A stretch of 64,000 bases of DNA. Origin: Octopus sinensis (lineage: Eukaryota). Where the stretch lies: NCBI RefSeq assembly GCF_006345805.1, contig NC_043017.1, positions 17,422,001 to 17,486,000 of the forward strand, read 5' to 3'. The translations under genes were made by a program, and so were the position numbers. The stretch's first letter is position 1, and every line of letters starts with the position of its first letter. Positions 63,738 through 64,000 of this stretch are shown piece after piece. The notes beneath the pieces are model-generated. The model had not been told where the DNA came from, did no database searches, and saw only the letters and a program-made list of their open reading frames with translations.

Positions 63738-64000
63738 ACACTAGGTGCAGCATATATATCAACCCGTTATTTTATTATAAACTAAGAAGTTTTAAGTTTT
63801 GACTAATGAAAGTTTACAGGTTGATTATTATGTTTATTTCAAAATATTTTAAATATATTTACAATTCAAAATGTCCACCCTTTGCTTTCACCATAGCCCT
63901 TAATCTTTTCTCAACTGCTTTATCACATCGCAGTTCTTTATACCAGCCATTTTCAATACTACAATTTGTTTGAGCCACCATATTTAATTGAGGTTAAAAA
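63738..64000 (-). mobile_element. Tc1/mariner 3' end, truncated by window edge
   Basis: Minus-strand AVEKRLRAMVKAKGGHFE*, the typical transposase C-terminus. Confidence 0.65.

Overview
Eukaryotic, AT-rich, microsatellite- and SINE-saturated genomic DNA. The SINE families look like those of octopus (coleoid cephalopod) genomes; this is an inference from recognised repeat sequence, not a database hit. The right third holds the 3' half of SHPRH (SNF2 helicase/RING E3 ligase) on the minus strand. I traced 17 GT-AG exons (62917 to 45178) that splice in phase into 825 aa, including an intact C3HC4 RING and the helicase C-terminal motifs. The left two thirds contain phase-compatible plus-strand exon chains of one or two proteins I do not recognise, plus an intronless 156-aa ORF (signal peptide, RKRR, C-terminal TM helix). 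Mobile DNA includes a 5'-truncated RTE LINE with a PHD-like finger inside ORF2, Tx1/L1, CR1/L2, R4/Dong and CRE-like fragments, mariner/Tc1 elements, Helitron-type non-autonomous elements, several foldback elements and three tRNA-derived SINE families. Most long ORFs in the supplied track are microsatellite artefacts. No rRNA, bona fide tRNA or CRISPR array was seen. All alignments and translations were done by eye, and repeat boundaries are approximate unless TSDs or TIRs are quoted.
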